A stretch of 64,000 nt of DNA from NCBI GenBank assembly GCA_964106915.2, contig OZ066923.1; one strand, written 5' to 3'. Shown here piece after piece: positions 14,547 to 26,604 of the stretch. The notes below the pieces were generated by a model. That model ran no database searches. It saw only the letters and a list, made by a program, of their open reading frames with translations, and was not told the DNA's origin. A program made the position numbers and the translations under genes. This DNA comes from Podarcis gaigeae (lineage: Eukaryota). How positions within the stretch are numbered: the first letter of the stretch is position 1; each line of letters begins with the position of its first letter.

Positions 14547-14733
14547 TAATGAGCTGTGCCTTTATTCAGAAATTTAATTTGGAAGTCAGAAATTTAATTT
14601 TATAACAGAAGTGAAAAATGTCTCTGTATTTGTATTTTGTGGCTTGCAACTCCCCCTAGAAAATTGTCTCCAGCTTTGAGTTGGACCCCAAAACATTATT
14701 TTGGGAGCTCTCTCAAATCACTTGTGTGGTAAT

Positions 14734-15164
14734 TAGGGATGGATGAATCTTTCAGTTTTTGTTTCTAATTTTTCCAGATTTATGTTCAGTTCTCCACATT
14801 TGTACATCCCTTTGTTATATATATATGTATGTGTGTAGTTAGGTAGAGTTAGAGTTATATATAAATAAAATTTCATAAGGATTTTAGTGTGAAATTTTCC
14901 TAACGTATATGCTTGTGTGCAATTGTGCCTAACATACACTGTTTTGCAAAGCAATATTCTTATATATAACACATTTTTTAAGTTATTTTCACTAGTACAT
15001 GTGCTTTCATGCACAAGTTACCCTAATATGTGCAGTTTTGTATGCATTACTTGGCTAGAGAGCTGCTTTCCAACATTCAGAGAAATGAGGATTTTGAAGG
15101 ATGGATATGCTTCTGTTTGTGTATTTTTTTCAGAAAGTGTGAATTGATTTCTCCTCCATCCCTA
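14734..15164. mobile_element. hAT non-autonomous element (TAGGGATGG TIR)
   Basis: TAGGGATGG...CCATCCCTA; 8-bp TSD gtggtaat/gtggttat; related copy at 19862. Confidence 0.8.
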
Positions 15165-15320
15165 GTGGTTATAGAGGATCACAGGGAAGAACCCAACTTT
15201 CGGTGATTTTCTAAAACATGGTGGGGTTGCAACGAAAGTGAGGTTGAATATGATGTACATGCAGCCATTGTGTCATACACTACGGGAGGAAGTGACTATG
15301 GGAGGAGAGGGGCATATTCC

Positions 15321-15458
15321 TGTTAGGATATCGTTCCATTCCTCCTTAAAAGAGTCAGGCATGATTGTTGTGTGTCACATGCCTGTTTACTCCCAGCACT
15401 GTTCTCGCTGAGAACTTCCGTTTTGTATATAGCTTTTGTTCTGGCTGTTTCCTCAACA
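15321..15458. mobile_element. Short LTR-like unit (138 bp)
   Basis: TGTTAGGA...TCCTCAACA imperfect terminal inverted repeat, internal TATATA, AGTAAA on the minus strand; abuts the gag fragment. Confidence 0.5.
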
Positions 15459-15910
15459 CGGATGGTACAAGCACTCGTTTTGCAAGGTTGCCAAAACTTT
15501 TGCAGCAGTGAGGTCCTGCGCAGGAAGAGTTGCTAGCTGGCTTGCCACAGCATGATAGCTCTCATCCAGGGAGTCCAGAATAAGGATTGCAAACAAAGAC
15601 TCCGGCATATTGAAACCTCTATGAGTCAATTCCTGTCTGAGATGCTGCAAATGTAAAACGTGGGCTCTAAGGTCTTCCCCTGGCTCCAAACGCTTCCTGT
15701 GCAGCTTTCTGAAGTAAAGCAACACAGACCCAGCCTCTTGTCGGAGATGACAGGCCTTAAGCCCTTCCCACATCTCACGGGCGCTGGCCTTGCCAGCCAG
15801 GGGGATTAACTCTTCAGGAACTACTGAGAGCAAAATTTTTCCCATGACTCTTGAATCCTGTGCCTCCCATTCATCCTACTCCTTCACCATGCGAGAGATT
15901 GGGCAGTCAG
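15459..15910 (-). pseudogene. Ty1/copia-type gag fragment (UBN2 / Retrotran_gag_2-like)
   Basis: E*DEWEAQDSRVMGKILLSV...SAREMWEGLK...LHRKRLEPGEDLRAHV...LILDSLDESY fits the copia gag pattern W..D..a...I / A.E.W..L / l.l.sL..sY; in-frame stop upstream of ORF 15453..15845. Confidence 0.8.
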
Positions 15911-17444
15911 GTTATGTATGAACTGTATCTAAGTAATAAGGTAAGTGGCAGAGATGAGCAGAATACAAAACACATGCCCATTGCTGAAATACTATGCTAT
16001 CACAAATACAATGTATAATCAAATTGGATGCAACAACTTTCAGCCATGAAGAACTCCAGGGAAAGAGACTTGGAATCCTAGATATTGTTGGAAAAGCCAC
16101 TCATCTGTTCCATTAGCACCTACTATGGAACTCTGCCTGCTATACTGATGCACCTGCAAGAAATGAAATTATTCCTTTGAGCAAAAAAAAAGTCTGCTTG
16201 CCACAAATATAACAGGATGGTTTCTGAGATTCCAGAAGCAGAGTTCCACTCACAGAACCTTGTACTCGCGGAAAAAAGAAAGTGATTGCCATTGATTTCT
16301 TTTCCCACTGCAGCCTGCTATCATTTACTTTGTGAGAGTGGAAGACTCTCCGGAATGGCATGGGAAGCAGAAGGAGGAATTGGAGAAAAATCTCCTCCCC
16401 TTCCAGGAGCATCAGCCTCCACTGGTTTGCCAGCTCTTCTGCAAACAGATGGAACCCTTTTTGTGGAAGCTCTATTGCCCCTGACTATGTTCTTTATAGT
16501 GCCTCTTTCCTTTGAATAAAGAGGAAGTAACTCTGCACACAAGTGAGTTCATACTTCGGAAAACTACCTTGAACTATATATAACATGTTGGTGAGATTTT
16601 AAAATTACGGAATGTGTTTGCAAAACTGGCATTCCTGTGCTCATGGGTCACACAAGAGTCTGATGTCAGCCTTCTCGACTGGAGTCATACTATTGAGCAA
16701 CTTGGATGGGAGAGTTCACATGCAAGAGTCTTTCCAACAGTTCTAGGAATTTTATATCTTTAAAAGCATTCAATATATTTCTTTTCATGCTCAAGCATGG
16801 CCCTTCCAAACCTGCATTGTTGTTTTCCAGAAATTTCAGTGAACTGGGGTCACAGAGTAGATTTCTCACTGTCTACATGGAAGCTGGGCAATAATCTGCT
16901 CCCTCAGTAGATTCTATAACAGAATTCTAAGGTGAGCTGGTATAATAAGTTTCATATAAGATATTCCTTACACATAGTGCTGGCCTGGACAGCACACCAA
17001 TGGATAATTTTTTTCTGGCAAAGCTGTCATTTGACACTGTTTCATCTGTTGACATTGTACACATATGATGCAGGAAAGCCGTGATCAAAAATGTAATTTC
17101 GGTGGGAATGTTAATAGTTATTTTCATGATTTAGTATTATGTGACTCCAACTCTCTACCCACACATTTTTCTTTCCTAATTGCCTCTTGTGTACGGGAAT
17201 TGTGTTTCAGTTTTCAAACCACTGACACACTGGCTTAAGGGTCTATGCTTAGACCATTGATCCAGTAAGGAATATAATTTTACATCTTTTTAATCCCTCA
17301 GGACAAATTGAAAGGCTACATTTTACAGTTAGGACAAATTCTAAAAATGATTCTTGCGTCTGAATTTCATTTAAAACAAAAGGTGCATAACTTGCTTTCC
17401 CACAAACTGTTTTCTTTTCTTTTTTGCAGAGTTAAATATAAAAC

Positions 17445-17607
17445 CCCTGAATATCAGCGGCTGGGGAACAACAGTGGGAGAGTCAGGGGGCAATTTCATA
17501 GTCTTCCTAGATGCATCTGGTTGGCCTCTATGAGGAACAGGATATTGCACTAGGTAAGCCTTTGGTCTGATTCAGTGGGCTTGTCTTATGTTTCTATGTT
17601 CTTATGC
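17445..17607 (+). mobile_element. CR1 LINE 3' end, degraded
   Basis: GCATCTGGTTGGCCTCTATGAGGAACAGG...CTTATGTTTCTATGTTCTTATG tail. Confidence 0.65.
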
Positions 17608-17836
17608 TCTTAGTATATGCTCTTAAGATAAGCAAGTTACATTACTGAGACAATTCCAGGGGTGCACTGGACATGCCAAAAGGGCAGGTAGCAGCAGATG
17701 ACACACCCTTCTTTGGCAGTGTCTTTAAGTGTGAGTCCAAGAAATTTCTTACTTCTAGAAATTCAGTATGCATTTTCATTCCCCATAGGAAACTGTGGAT
17801 ATGCACACAACTCAAATATGCTGGACTTCCTCTTAT

Positions 17837-18290
17837 GCGGCCTAGGACTCACATACCTACGGGACCGCCTCTCCTGGTATGTCCCGCGGAGGACCTTAAG
17901 GTCCACAAATGACAAGACTTTGGAGGTCCCAAGTCGCAAGGTGGTTAGATTGGTCTCAACTAGGGCCAGGGCCTTTTCAGTACGGGCCCCGACTTGGTGC
18001 AACACTCTGTTACAAGAGACTAGGGCTCTGCGGGATTTGACATCTTTCTGCACGGTCTGCAAGACAGAGCTGTTCTGCCTGGCCTTTGGTTTGGACTCAG
18101 CCTGACCCTTATGTTTCCCTCCCCTTATGGTTTTGAACTATGGGCTACTATTAAAATGAGGCTGCATTTTAAATTGTATTTTTACCCATATTTTAAATTG
18201 TTCCCCCCCTCCCCTATTATGTTTTTATTGTGATTTTACTGGTGGTGTTAGCTGCCCTGAGCCCATTTAATATTATTATTATTGTGATTA
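17837..18290 (+). mobile_element. L2-type LINE 3' end, second family
   Basis: Translates YLRDRLSWYVPRRTLRS...RARAFSVRAPTWCNTL, typical of an L2 ORF2 C-terminus; AT-rich tail. Confidence 0.8.
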
Positions 18291-19299
18291 TGTTGATGAT
18301 GATGTTCTCCATGCATACAAATCTGCAAATCACTTATCAGAGTGATCTTGTGCTTTCAAAAATGGTATGTCTGCATTTAACTTTGCTCTCTGGCACTAAA
18401 ATAGCACCTGTTGCTGGCATCAGCCAATCAAATTATATCTATTCTTGCTTCTCCAAGTCATGAGGACAAAAGACAATTTACCACAGTGGCAGAGCGCTCC
18501 TTACTTGGTACTTTTAATGTTCAGTGAAGAAGATATGAATCACCTTATAAAACATGCATTATGCCAGAAGACTTACATTAAGTGTAGTTAAATTGATTTT
18601 GATTGTTCTTACAGTTTCCTGTTGTTTGTGAACTTTGAATCCCAATTTGTGGGGTTTTTTTTTAAAAAAAGAGGAATGTCTAAATTTCTAGGAAAAGCCA
18701 GCACTTGGAACCCTGAGTAACCTTTGTTAATTTTTAAAATGCAAATGCAGACTATATGTCCCTTCAGTTTCAGCCATCATTATTTTTAACTCATGTCATG
18801 AATTATTAGTTTTCATTGAATGCCTCTCATATTCTTGCCAGAAGATTCATTTTAAGTGTATTAGGATGTTCTGTGTGTCAGGAAGTCAAATCTTTAGGTC
18901 AGCCTTTACTCACTCTCTCTCTCTCTCTTTTTTAAGTGACTGGTGTATCTTGAAGTTCAAGTGGGACAATTGCTGATGATTCAGTAGCTAGCAATAAACC
19001 TATCTGCCTTAAACACCTAGCCTGGATAATACTGAGGAGCAGTCAATTTTTGAAAAGCTAAGGGTGCATGCAGTGAAGTAATCAAAAGGGTGCAATACAT
19101 ATTTGGATTCTGGGTCTTGAAAAGTGTTAAAAGATCTGGGGGAATGTCAATTTCTGGTGGCAGAAAAACAGAAATGTGAACTAACTTGACAATAATCTAA
19201 TAATCTACAATTGTCTTCAAAAATATGACCAGCTGAGAGAACAGCCAGTTCTAGACAAATCATAAAGCAACCCTAAGCTACGCTAGCTCATTTGAGGTA

Positions 19300-19516
19300 C
19301 AGTTGTACCTCGGCTCCCGAACGCCTTGGGAGTTGAATGTTCCGGCTCCAGAACGATCAAAAACAGGAAGTAACTGTTCCGGTTTTCAAACATTCTTTGG
19401 GAAGCTGAATGTCTGTAGCTTCCGATTGGCTGCAGAAGTCGCCCTTTGGAAGTCAAATGTTTTGGAAGTTGAACGGACTTCCGGAATGGATTCTGTTCGA
19501 CTTCTGAATACGACTG
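19300..19516. mobile_element. Tc1/mariner (Tigger-like) MITE
   Basis: TA-CAGTTGTACCTCGG...TACGACTG-TA. Confidence 0.75.
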
Positions 19517-19861
19517 TACTAATGTTTGGAGAATATACACTTCAACTAATGTTCCATCCAATGAAAGCTTTTATTGGACGAGGCCAGTGGCATCATATTG
19601 GCTCAGTAGGGTGACACTAATAAGCTTTCAGTTTCCTTGGAAGTTTTGTATAGAACAGTCAAATGGGTTAGCCTCCTTTTCAGCCCATTTTCTTTTCTCT
19701 TAACCATGGCATGTGTGCCTTCCACAGATCCCTATTTGGTAGCTGTTTAGATACTGTACTGACTTTGTGCAGATCTTTTCTTGCCCTCATCATTAACATT
19801 AGCTGTCCACTCTATGTTCCTCTCCATCAGGAAGTTTCTGACTTTTAATTAAACTTGTATA

Positions 19862-20038
19862 TAGGGATGGATCGAGAATCAACTTTGATCCTCTCAGTTT
19901 CCCATTTTCTAATCTAAGATCTGGTTCTCCACATTTTTCTGCAGCAATTTGTGGGATGGGGGGAAAATCAAATCATGAAAATTTGTCAATATATTAGTGT
20001 GAATTTTTGCTAATAAATACCTTTTTGTATGCAGTTTT

Positions 20039-20069
<31 letters not shown>

Positions 20070-20315
20070 GAAAGCAATTTCCCTAATATAGTGCATTTTG
20101 TATGCTATATGCATTTTATGCACGTTCTCCCCAACCTATGCATTTTTATTTTTTTTTGGTTAGAGAACTTTGGTTGGAGAACTGCACCACAAAATTCAGA
20201 GCAGTGCAAAGTTCAAATGATGGCTGTGTTTCGGTTCTCATATTGTTACAGAAAGTGTGAATTAAGTAGTTTTGCCTTTAAATGCAAACTGAATTGAATT
20301 TCTCCCCCATCGCTA
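19862..20315. mobile_element. hAT non-autonomous element (TAGGGATGG family) containing (CA)n
   Basis: TIR-like ends; TSD cttgtata/cctgtata; body similar to the 14734 copy. Confidence 0.75.
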
Positions 20316-20436
20316 CCTGTATAGAATGAGTCATACAGTTTGACTGTGGCCTGCATAATATGAAGCTCAAGATAAGTTAAACGTTTTTGTCAAATGTTTA
20401 TTTACCTCTACAAGACTAACTGTATGGAATAGAAGC

Positions 20437-20460
20437 TATATATATATATATATATATATA
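20437..20460. repeat. (TA)12 microsatellite
   Basis: Direct read. Confidence 0.9.
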
Positions 20461-20542
20461 TTGCTTCTAATTTGCTAATCTCCTGTTGTTCAGTAACCCT
20501 GCCTCTCTAACGTCTTTGAGACACCTGTCCCAAGCAACTATA

Positions 20543-20783
20543 CAGTGGTACCTCGGGTTAAGTACTTAATTTGTTCCGGAGGTCCGTTCGTAACCTAAAA
20601 CTGTTCTTAACCTGAAGCAGCACTTTAGCTAATGGGCCTCCTGCTGCTGCCACGCTGCCGGAGCACGATTTCTGTTCTCATCCTGAAGCAAAGTTCTTAA
20701 CCCGAGATACTATTTCTGGGTTAGCGGAGCCTGTAACCTGAAGCGTATGTAATCTGAAGCGCATGTAACCCGAGGTACCACTG
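20543..20783 (+). mobile_element. Tc1/mariner (Tigger-like) MITE
   Basis: TA-CAGTGGTACCTCGGGTTA...TAACCCGAGGTACCACTG-TA. Confidence 0.92.
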
Positions 20784-21189
20784 TAGTTGCATTTTTGGGA
20801 ATTACACCCCCTGTTTTTATTTAAACTGGGTGGCCTCTGCTTGTGTCATAATCTAAAAAAAAAAAAGAATGATTTGAAATAAAAATCTGTTGTCTATTAC
20901 TTGATTGCTAATAGTGCCATCAAATTGGATTTATTTTAAAATTTAAATCTGTTTTGACATCTTTAAGATTCATCTGTTTTGAATCATCAATGATCTTTGG
21001 GAAGACATGCATTTGAATCAAACACATAAAGCTCCCTGGTATCGCCCTTGTTTGTTCATCAGGACTTTAGTTACAGGAGAAATGTACAGCCACTTTCGTG
21101 AAAGCAATAATCAGAGCTTTCGGAAATCAAAGAAAAGCCACACACCACACAGTAGAAGATGGCACTATAATTTTCACCAAAATATTATT

Positions 21190-22460
21190 TGAACCAGTTA
21201 TTTGCAATTGGGGTTAGGCCTGGTTTTAGCACAGAAACTGCTTTGGTCACCCTGTATAATGACCTCTGTGAGGAGAGGAAATGTTTCCCTGTTAATTCTC
21301 CTCGACCTCTTAGCAGCTTTTGGTACCATGAACCATAGTATCCTTCTGGAGCTGCAATCTGAGTGGGTGGCAGGGGCGCCGACTTATAAAGAATATTGGG
21401 GGGGGCGGGGGCCCATACCGACTTATAAAAAATATTGGGGGGCCCCAAGACCTCCAAACCGCTGCTGCTGGGGGAACGAAAGTGGCGAGCCCCGGGCTGC
21501 CCCGACCTTAAGTGAACCTGTGAGGGCTCGCCCTTTGCGGTAGCCGATTGGCTGCCGCCGTGGGCGGTGAATATTAATGAGCTAGGGGGAATCCCCGCTT
21601 CTCGCTGACGCCAGCCCCGCGAGATTGTTGATGGGTTGAGAGCCCGCAACCCCACCCCCTCTCTAGATCGGGAGTGGCTTTGTTTTAACTCATTACTGAA
21701 TGTATTTTAAAAGGTAACTATCGTCAAACAAGGAAAATAAAAAATACCAACATAATTTTGTGATTTTACAAAGCATAATATAACTAATAATTTTCTTAAA
21801 TTATTGGGGGGGGGGTGCCTCAGGCCCCATGGAGTCAGCGCCTATGGTGGGTGGCACCGCTTTGCGGTGGTTCCAGCCCTACTTGGGTGGACTTTCCCCA
21901 GGTCTGTTGCTTGGGGAGTGTTTTCAGCCCCATGGAGCCTTCAATATGGGGTTCACAGGGTTTGATTTTATCCCCCATGCTGTTTAACATCTACATGACA
22001 CTGCTGAGTGGGGTTATCCAGAGGTTTGGAGTATGTTGTCAGCGATATGCTGATGACACACAACTCTACTTCTTTCTCCTGTACACCTGCATGGGAGGCA
22101 GTGGATGTTTTGGACTGTCATCTTACTTCAATAATAGACTGGATGAGAGCCAACAAACTGAAGATCTATCCAGATAAGACTGAGGCACTGTTAGTGGGAG
22201 GTTCCCTAGACCAGATGGTTGGGAGGTTGCCTGCTCTTGATGGGTTAAACTCCCTCTGAAGGAGTGGGTACGTAGCTTGGGGAAACTCATTGATACTTTG
22301 CTGTCACTTCATGCTCAGGTGACCTCAGTGGTGTGGAGTGCCTTTCATCAACTTCATCTGGTGGCCCAGCTGTGCCCTTATCTGGACAGGGAAAGCCTAA
22401 CTACTGATGTCTATGCTCTGGTAACCTCTAAGTTAGATTACTGCAACATATTATATGTTC
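21190..22460 (+). mobile_element. Old L2 LINE RT fragment, interrupted by a hAT insertion
   Basis: LILLDLLAAFGT, GSQGLILSPMLFNIYM, YADDTQLY and KLDYCN motifs, with frameshifts. Confidence 0.85.
21371..21846. mobile_element. Young CpG-rich hAT non-autonomous element
   Basis: CAGGGGCGCCGACT...AGTCAGCGCCTATG TIRs; perfect 8-bp TSD GTGGGTGG. Confidence 0.88.
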
Positions 22461-22956
22461 TGGACCACCCTGAGATCTATGGGTATAGAGCAGCATACAA
22501 ATTTAATATAGAGTACAAAATAATAATCCAACAGTAAAATAATGCATAGCCACAATGCATAGCTAAAAACTAAAAGAGCATTTATTTTGTACAGTTATGT
22601 ACAAAACCCACAAAATTAGCAGGACCTGGCACAGGATATCCATCTAGGATAGAATTGCTCCTAAACTTCCTTGCACCAGCAGTTTCCCTATGGGGGAAAT
22701 GCACCAGTGTTGTGAGCCCTTTGCAGTGATGGCTAACAGTTGTGCAAACTATGACAGTGGATGTCCTGCAGTAAAAGGATAAAAATTTAGCAGAGCTAAG
22801 TGCATTTGAAGGGGTGGAATGGGTGTTGTTCTCAACACAGGTGTTCATGTTTGCTTAGTAGTTGGTTCTATCCTTGATGGTGGTACAACATTATACCTGT
22901 AACAAAAGGTGGTGTAAGTTAAAAGTCTCTTGTGGAGAATGGAGTTTCTCAAGAGA

Positions 22957-23265
22957 TAACTTAAGAGGCCTGCTGGATCAGACCAAAGACACACCTAGTT
23001 CAGCTTCCTGTTCCCCATAGCTGCCAACTTGGTGCTGGATATAACATATAGATATCACAACTAGTATCTACTGATAGCTTTATCCTTTGTGATTTTTTCT
23101 AACCCCCTTTTAAGCCATCTACCGTAAATTGGTGGCCCACCATTGCATATTGTGGCAGCAAATTCCTTAGTTTAACTATGCACTGTGAGAATAAGTCTTT
23201 TGTCTGTTCTCCACAGTCTCACATTATGAGAGACAGAGAAAAATTATCTATCCAGTTTCTCCACA
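22957..23265 (-). mobile_element. CR1 LINE 3' fragment
   Basis: CTGCTGGATCAGACCAAAG...CTAGTTCAGC.TCCTGTT motif, the reverse complement of the squamate CR1 3' end. Confidence 0.6.
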
Positions 23266-24350
23266 CTGGGTATCTCTATCATGCCCTGCATACGCCCCCC
23301 ACTGTCTTTTGTAACCTTTCCTCACAAAGGGTTTCTCCAGCCTCTCCCTCTATTTACTTCTTCTCTGACACGACACCACAGTGCAGCATAGGATTACAAT
23401 TAACTCAGTGGCCAATCACAGCACTTCATCAAGGTATATAAGACCCAGCCAGGGAACACAGACAATATATATCAATACATGTGGCATGAGATTTCATTAC
23501 TCTAACTGAAAGTCTAGGGTACCAGTGAGGACTTTAGTGATAAGATACTTTAGTGATAAGAGAACAAACTAAGTCCAAAATGGCCCCAATGAGATATGAA
23601 TTGCAAAGGCATGTAAAGTAAAGGGACTGCGTACTTATTTACTCATTGCTGACATAAATCTCTCTCATTTTCTCCCTTTCTGTCATTTTTGAAGAACATA
23701 ACTATTACAAAATGGCAAGATGGGACTAAATAAGTACAGTTTCTGGCCCACACCACTGGTTTGGAAATTGCAACCACAGCAATTAGCATTTCCAGTTTCC
23801 AGTTCAGAGGAGGTCAGGCAGTGGGGTTATCCTTGGAGCAGTTGTATATTACCTCAAAGGAAAAAGGAAAACGGAAAGGCAGCACTCTGAGAGACTTTGC
23901 ACTCTTGACTTGGCTTAAGCTTCAATGAAACCTTATCCTCAACCAGCTTTTTGTTTACTTCAGTCAGCTGTCTGTCTTCCACATAGTGATGAACTCACTT
24001 GCTTTCATTCAAGAAGAGCCCTGAATTCTATTCTCACAGTGGCCTGTTAGAAGCCTTCGAGCAGGGCATGACCACAACAGGACTCTTTATGTAGGGCCTA
24101 TTATTGTTACTTGGATCACATCTACATTACTATCCTAAACCAGGTTTGAACAAGTTTAGGTTTCCCAAAGGAATCTTAAGAAACTGTTGTTGTGTGAAGG
24201 TGCTGTGGCCATTTTGTGTTGTAGATAGGTTGTTGTCCTGAAGATCATTGGGGTTGGGGGAAGAGTCATATAATATGACAATAAAATGACTTTTGGTCTA
24301 TAGGATTGCCGCATAAGTGAATATAAAATATTTTCAATACGACATTAGAC

Positions 24351-24483
24351 CAGGGAAGGGGACTATGCAGCCACCAGATGTTAGATGTTCCCATTCTCCC
24401 TAATCATTGGCCATGCTGGTAGAAACTATTGGGGTGCAGGGGTCCAACAACATATGGGGCCGTTATGGGGTTTTCCACCTCTG
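24351..24483. mobile_element. hAT MITE (older copy of the 53924 family)
   Basis: CAGG...CTG ends; perfect TSD CATTAGAC. Confidence 0.75.
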
Positions 24484-24675
24484 CATTAGACAAAGACATC
24501 AATCATAATAAAACATGTTTCTGATGTTTTAAATTTCTTTTTTTTAAAAAAAATGCTCCCTGAATGGCAGCTTAGTAATAGGCATAAATAAGTAAATATA
24601 AATCCACTGATGAAAACTGAACTAAGAAAACATATTTACAGCTGAATCCTGAGGAGTAGTAGTAGAAGTAGTAAT

Positions 24676-24940
24676 TAATAACAATATTATTATTATTAAT
24701 AATAATAATTTTATTATTTATACCCTGCCCATATGGCTGGGTTTCCCCAGCCACTCTGAGCTGCTTTCAAACTTTAAAAACTTCACAATATAGGTCTGCC
24801 TTCTGATGTTTTTCTAAAACTTGTGTAGTTCTTTATCTCCTTGACATCTGATGGGAGGGTGTTCCACAGGGAGGTGACACTGCCGAGAAGACCCTCTGCC
24901 TGATTCCCTGTAACTTCACTTCTCGCAGTGAGAGAACCCA
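24676..24940 (-). mobile_element. L2 LINE 3' end
   Basis: Reverse complement of the 1432 / 29000 L2 3' sequence, with (TAA)n tail. Confidence 0.85.
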
Positions 24941-25973
24941 GTGAGTGTTGTAGGAAGATGCTTTAGGGCTAATTGACAGACAAGCAACAGACAACAGACA
25001 AGCCTGAGGCTTCTTTCCCCTCATTTTTTCTTTAAATGAGTTGAATAGAAAGTGATTGCACCCTAGAACTGCCAAAAATTGTTGGGCTTACAACCCTGAA
25101 TCCACAAAAATGTTGAGCTCCATTTCTAGACACCCCCAAATACATTGGACTGGTCTGAGGAATTCTGCAAGAGGTTCTGTCATTTTGATTGCAAGAGACA
25201 GAAACCACTTTACTATGTTAACTCAGAAGGGAATCCCGCTGATTCCCAAAGTGTGCTTAGGACTGACACTGTGCAGCCCTGTGCTATGCATGTATACTCA
25301 GAAGAAAGCCTCTCTGAACACAGTGGGACCTGCTCCAAGCATGGCACTGATGTAACACTGAACTGTGGAGTTTGAGATTCAGCTTAAGCAGTGACAACAA
25401 CACCCCTATCAAAAACAAGAGAATTTAATCTCTTGGTGTTTAAAGAACATACACACGCTATCTAATTTAGAGAAAATGAAGCACTAGCCTAGAGATTTTT
25501 GAAAGGCTACATTTGGGGCATCAAATTTAAGTAGGGTTGAAGACCGAAAAAAACCCCCAACAACCACTCGTTACTTTGTGATTCTACCCACTTATCCATT
25601 CCCTGCTCCTAAATTACACAAAGAGAAATTAGATACATTTTCAGTAGCTCATTCTCAAATCTTTTCCATGACTCAACATTACTCCTTTTGCCAAACTAAA
25701 TACGTCTGAGAAAGGTTGGAAACTTTAATGGAAAGAAACATAAAACTTGAAATATGTAAAGGGGAGGGGGGAGGAATCAGGTTCTTCTATGAAGCCTGTT
25801 GAATCATAATTCAGCAATTTAAGGGATGCAGAAGTGAGATGTTATAACTCGATTTAAAGGGCTTTTGAGATAATAATTTTGACCATGCAAAATTGAAAAT
25901 AAAATAGATGCAACAATTAGCTTTCCATTAACCTCCAGGGGCTGAAGCAGTGAACACAGTTGCCCAATCACAT

Positions 25974-26226
25974 AGAAGAGAAGAAGAGTTTGGATTTGAT
26001 ATCCCGCTTTATCACTCCCCTTCAGGAGTCTCAAAGCGGCTAACATTCTCCTTTCCCTTCCTCCCCCACAACAAACACTCTGTGAGGTGAGTGGGGCTGA
26101 GAGACTTCAGAGAAGTGTGACTAGCCCAAGCTCACCCAGCAGCTGCATGTCAAGGAGCGGAGACGCGAACCCGGTTCACCAGATTACAAATCTACCGCTC
26201 TTAACCATTACACCACACTGGCTCTC
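25974..26226 (-). mobile_element. Squam3-like tRNA-derived SINE, young
   Basis: GAGAGCCAGTGTGGTGTAATGGTTAAGAG head, GGTTCGCGTCTC B-box region, (CTT)n tail; near-identical to the 35147 copy. Confidence 0.85.
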
Positions 26227-26604
26227 ATAAACAAACATATAAGCAAACAAGCAAACAATAAAACAATAAACTAACAAAAAAAAAAACCAAAAACCCAAAC
26301 AATCCAAGGAAGTCTTTATGTGAAAAGAATAAATGTCAGGATAATGAATAAGAGTAAACCTCATTGGCATGATGCACATGTGGGGAAATGCCATCAAAAT
26401 AATGCTTGATGCCAGTCCAGCAGAGATGTGATGAAAGAGCTAAGGAGTGAGGGGAACATTGATGCCTCCTCAATTAGGGTGAAGTGAGCTAGCTTCTACA
26501 AAATAGCTTGCAGCTGAGGGTGGGGGTGGGGGGTGGGACCCTGCTGAGTGTGAGATGCTTGTGGGCCTGCTGAAGGCCAGAAAAGCAAGGGGAAGCTTTC
26601 TGGG

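Noticed and set aside
15908-15916. CA-GGTTATG as a copia primer-binding site
   Set aside because: Only 7 nt match, on the opposite strand to gag, and not preceded by the LTR-like terminus.
19081-19140. Minus-strand ...NMYCTL as a possible IGF1 A-domain exon (LEMYCAP)
   Set aside because: No GIVDECC/SCDL context. I found no C/A/D exon by eye in 1-41790, so it probably lies left of the window.
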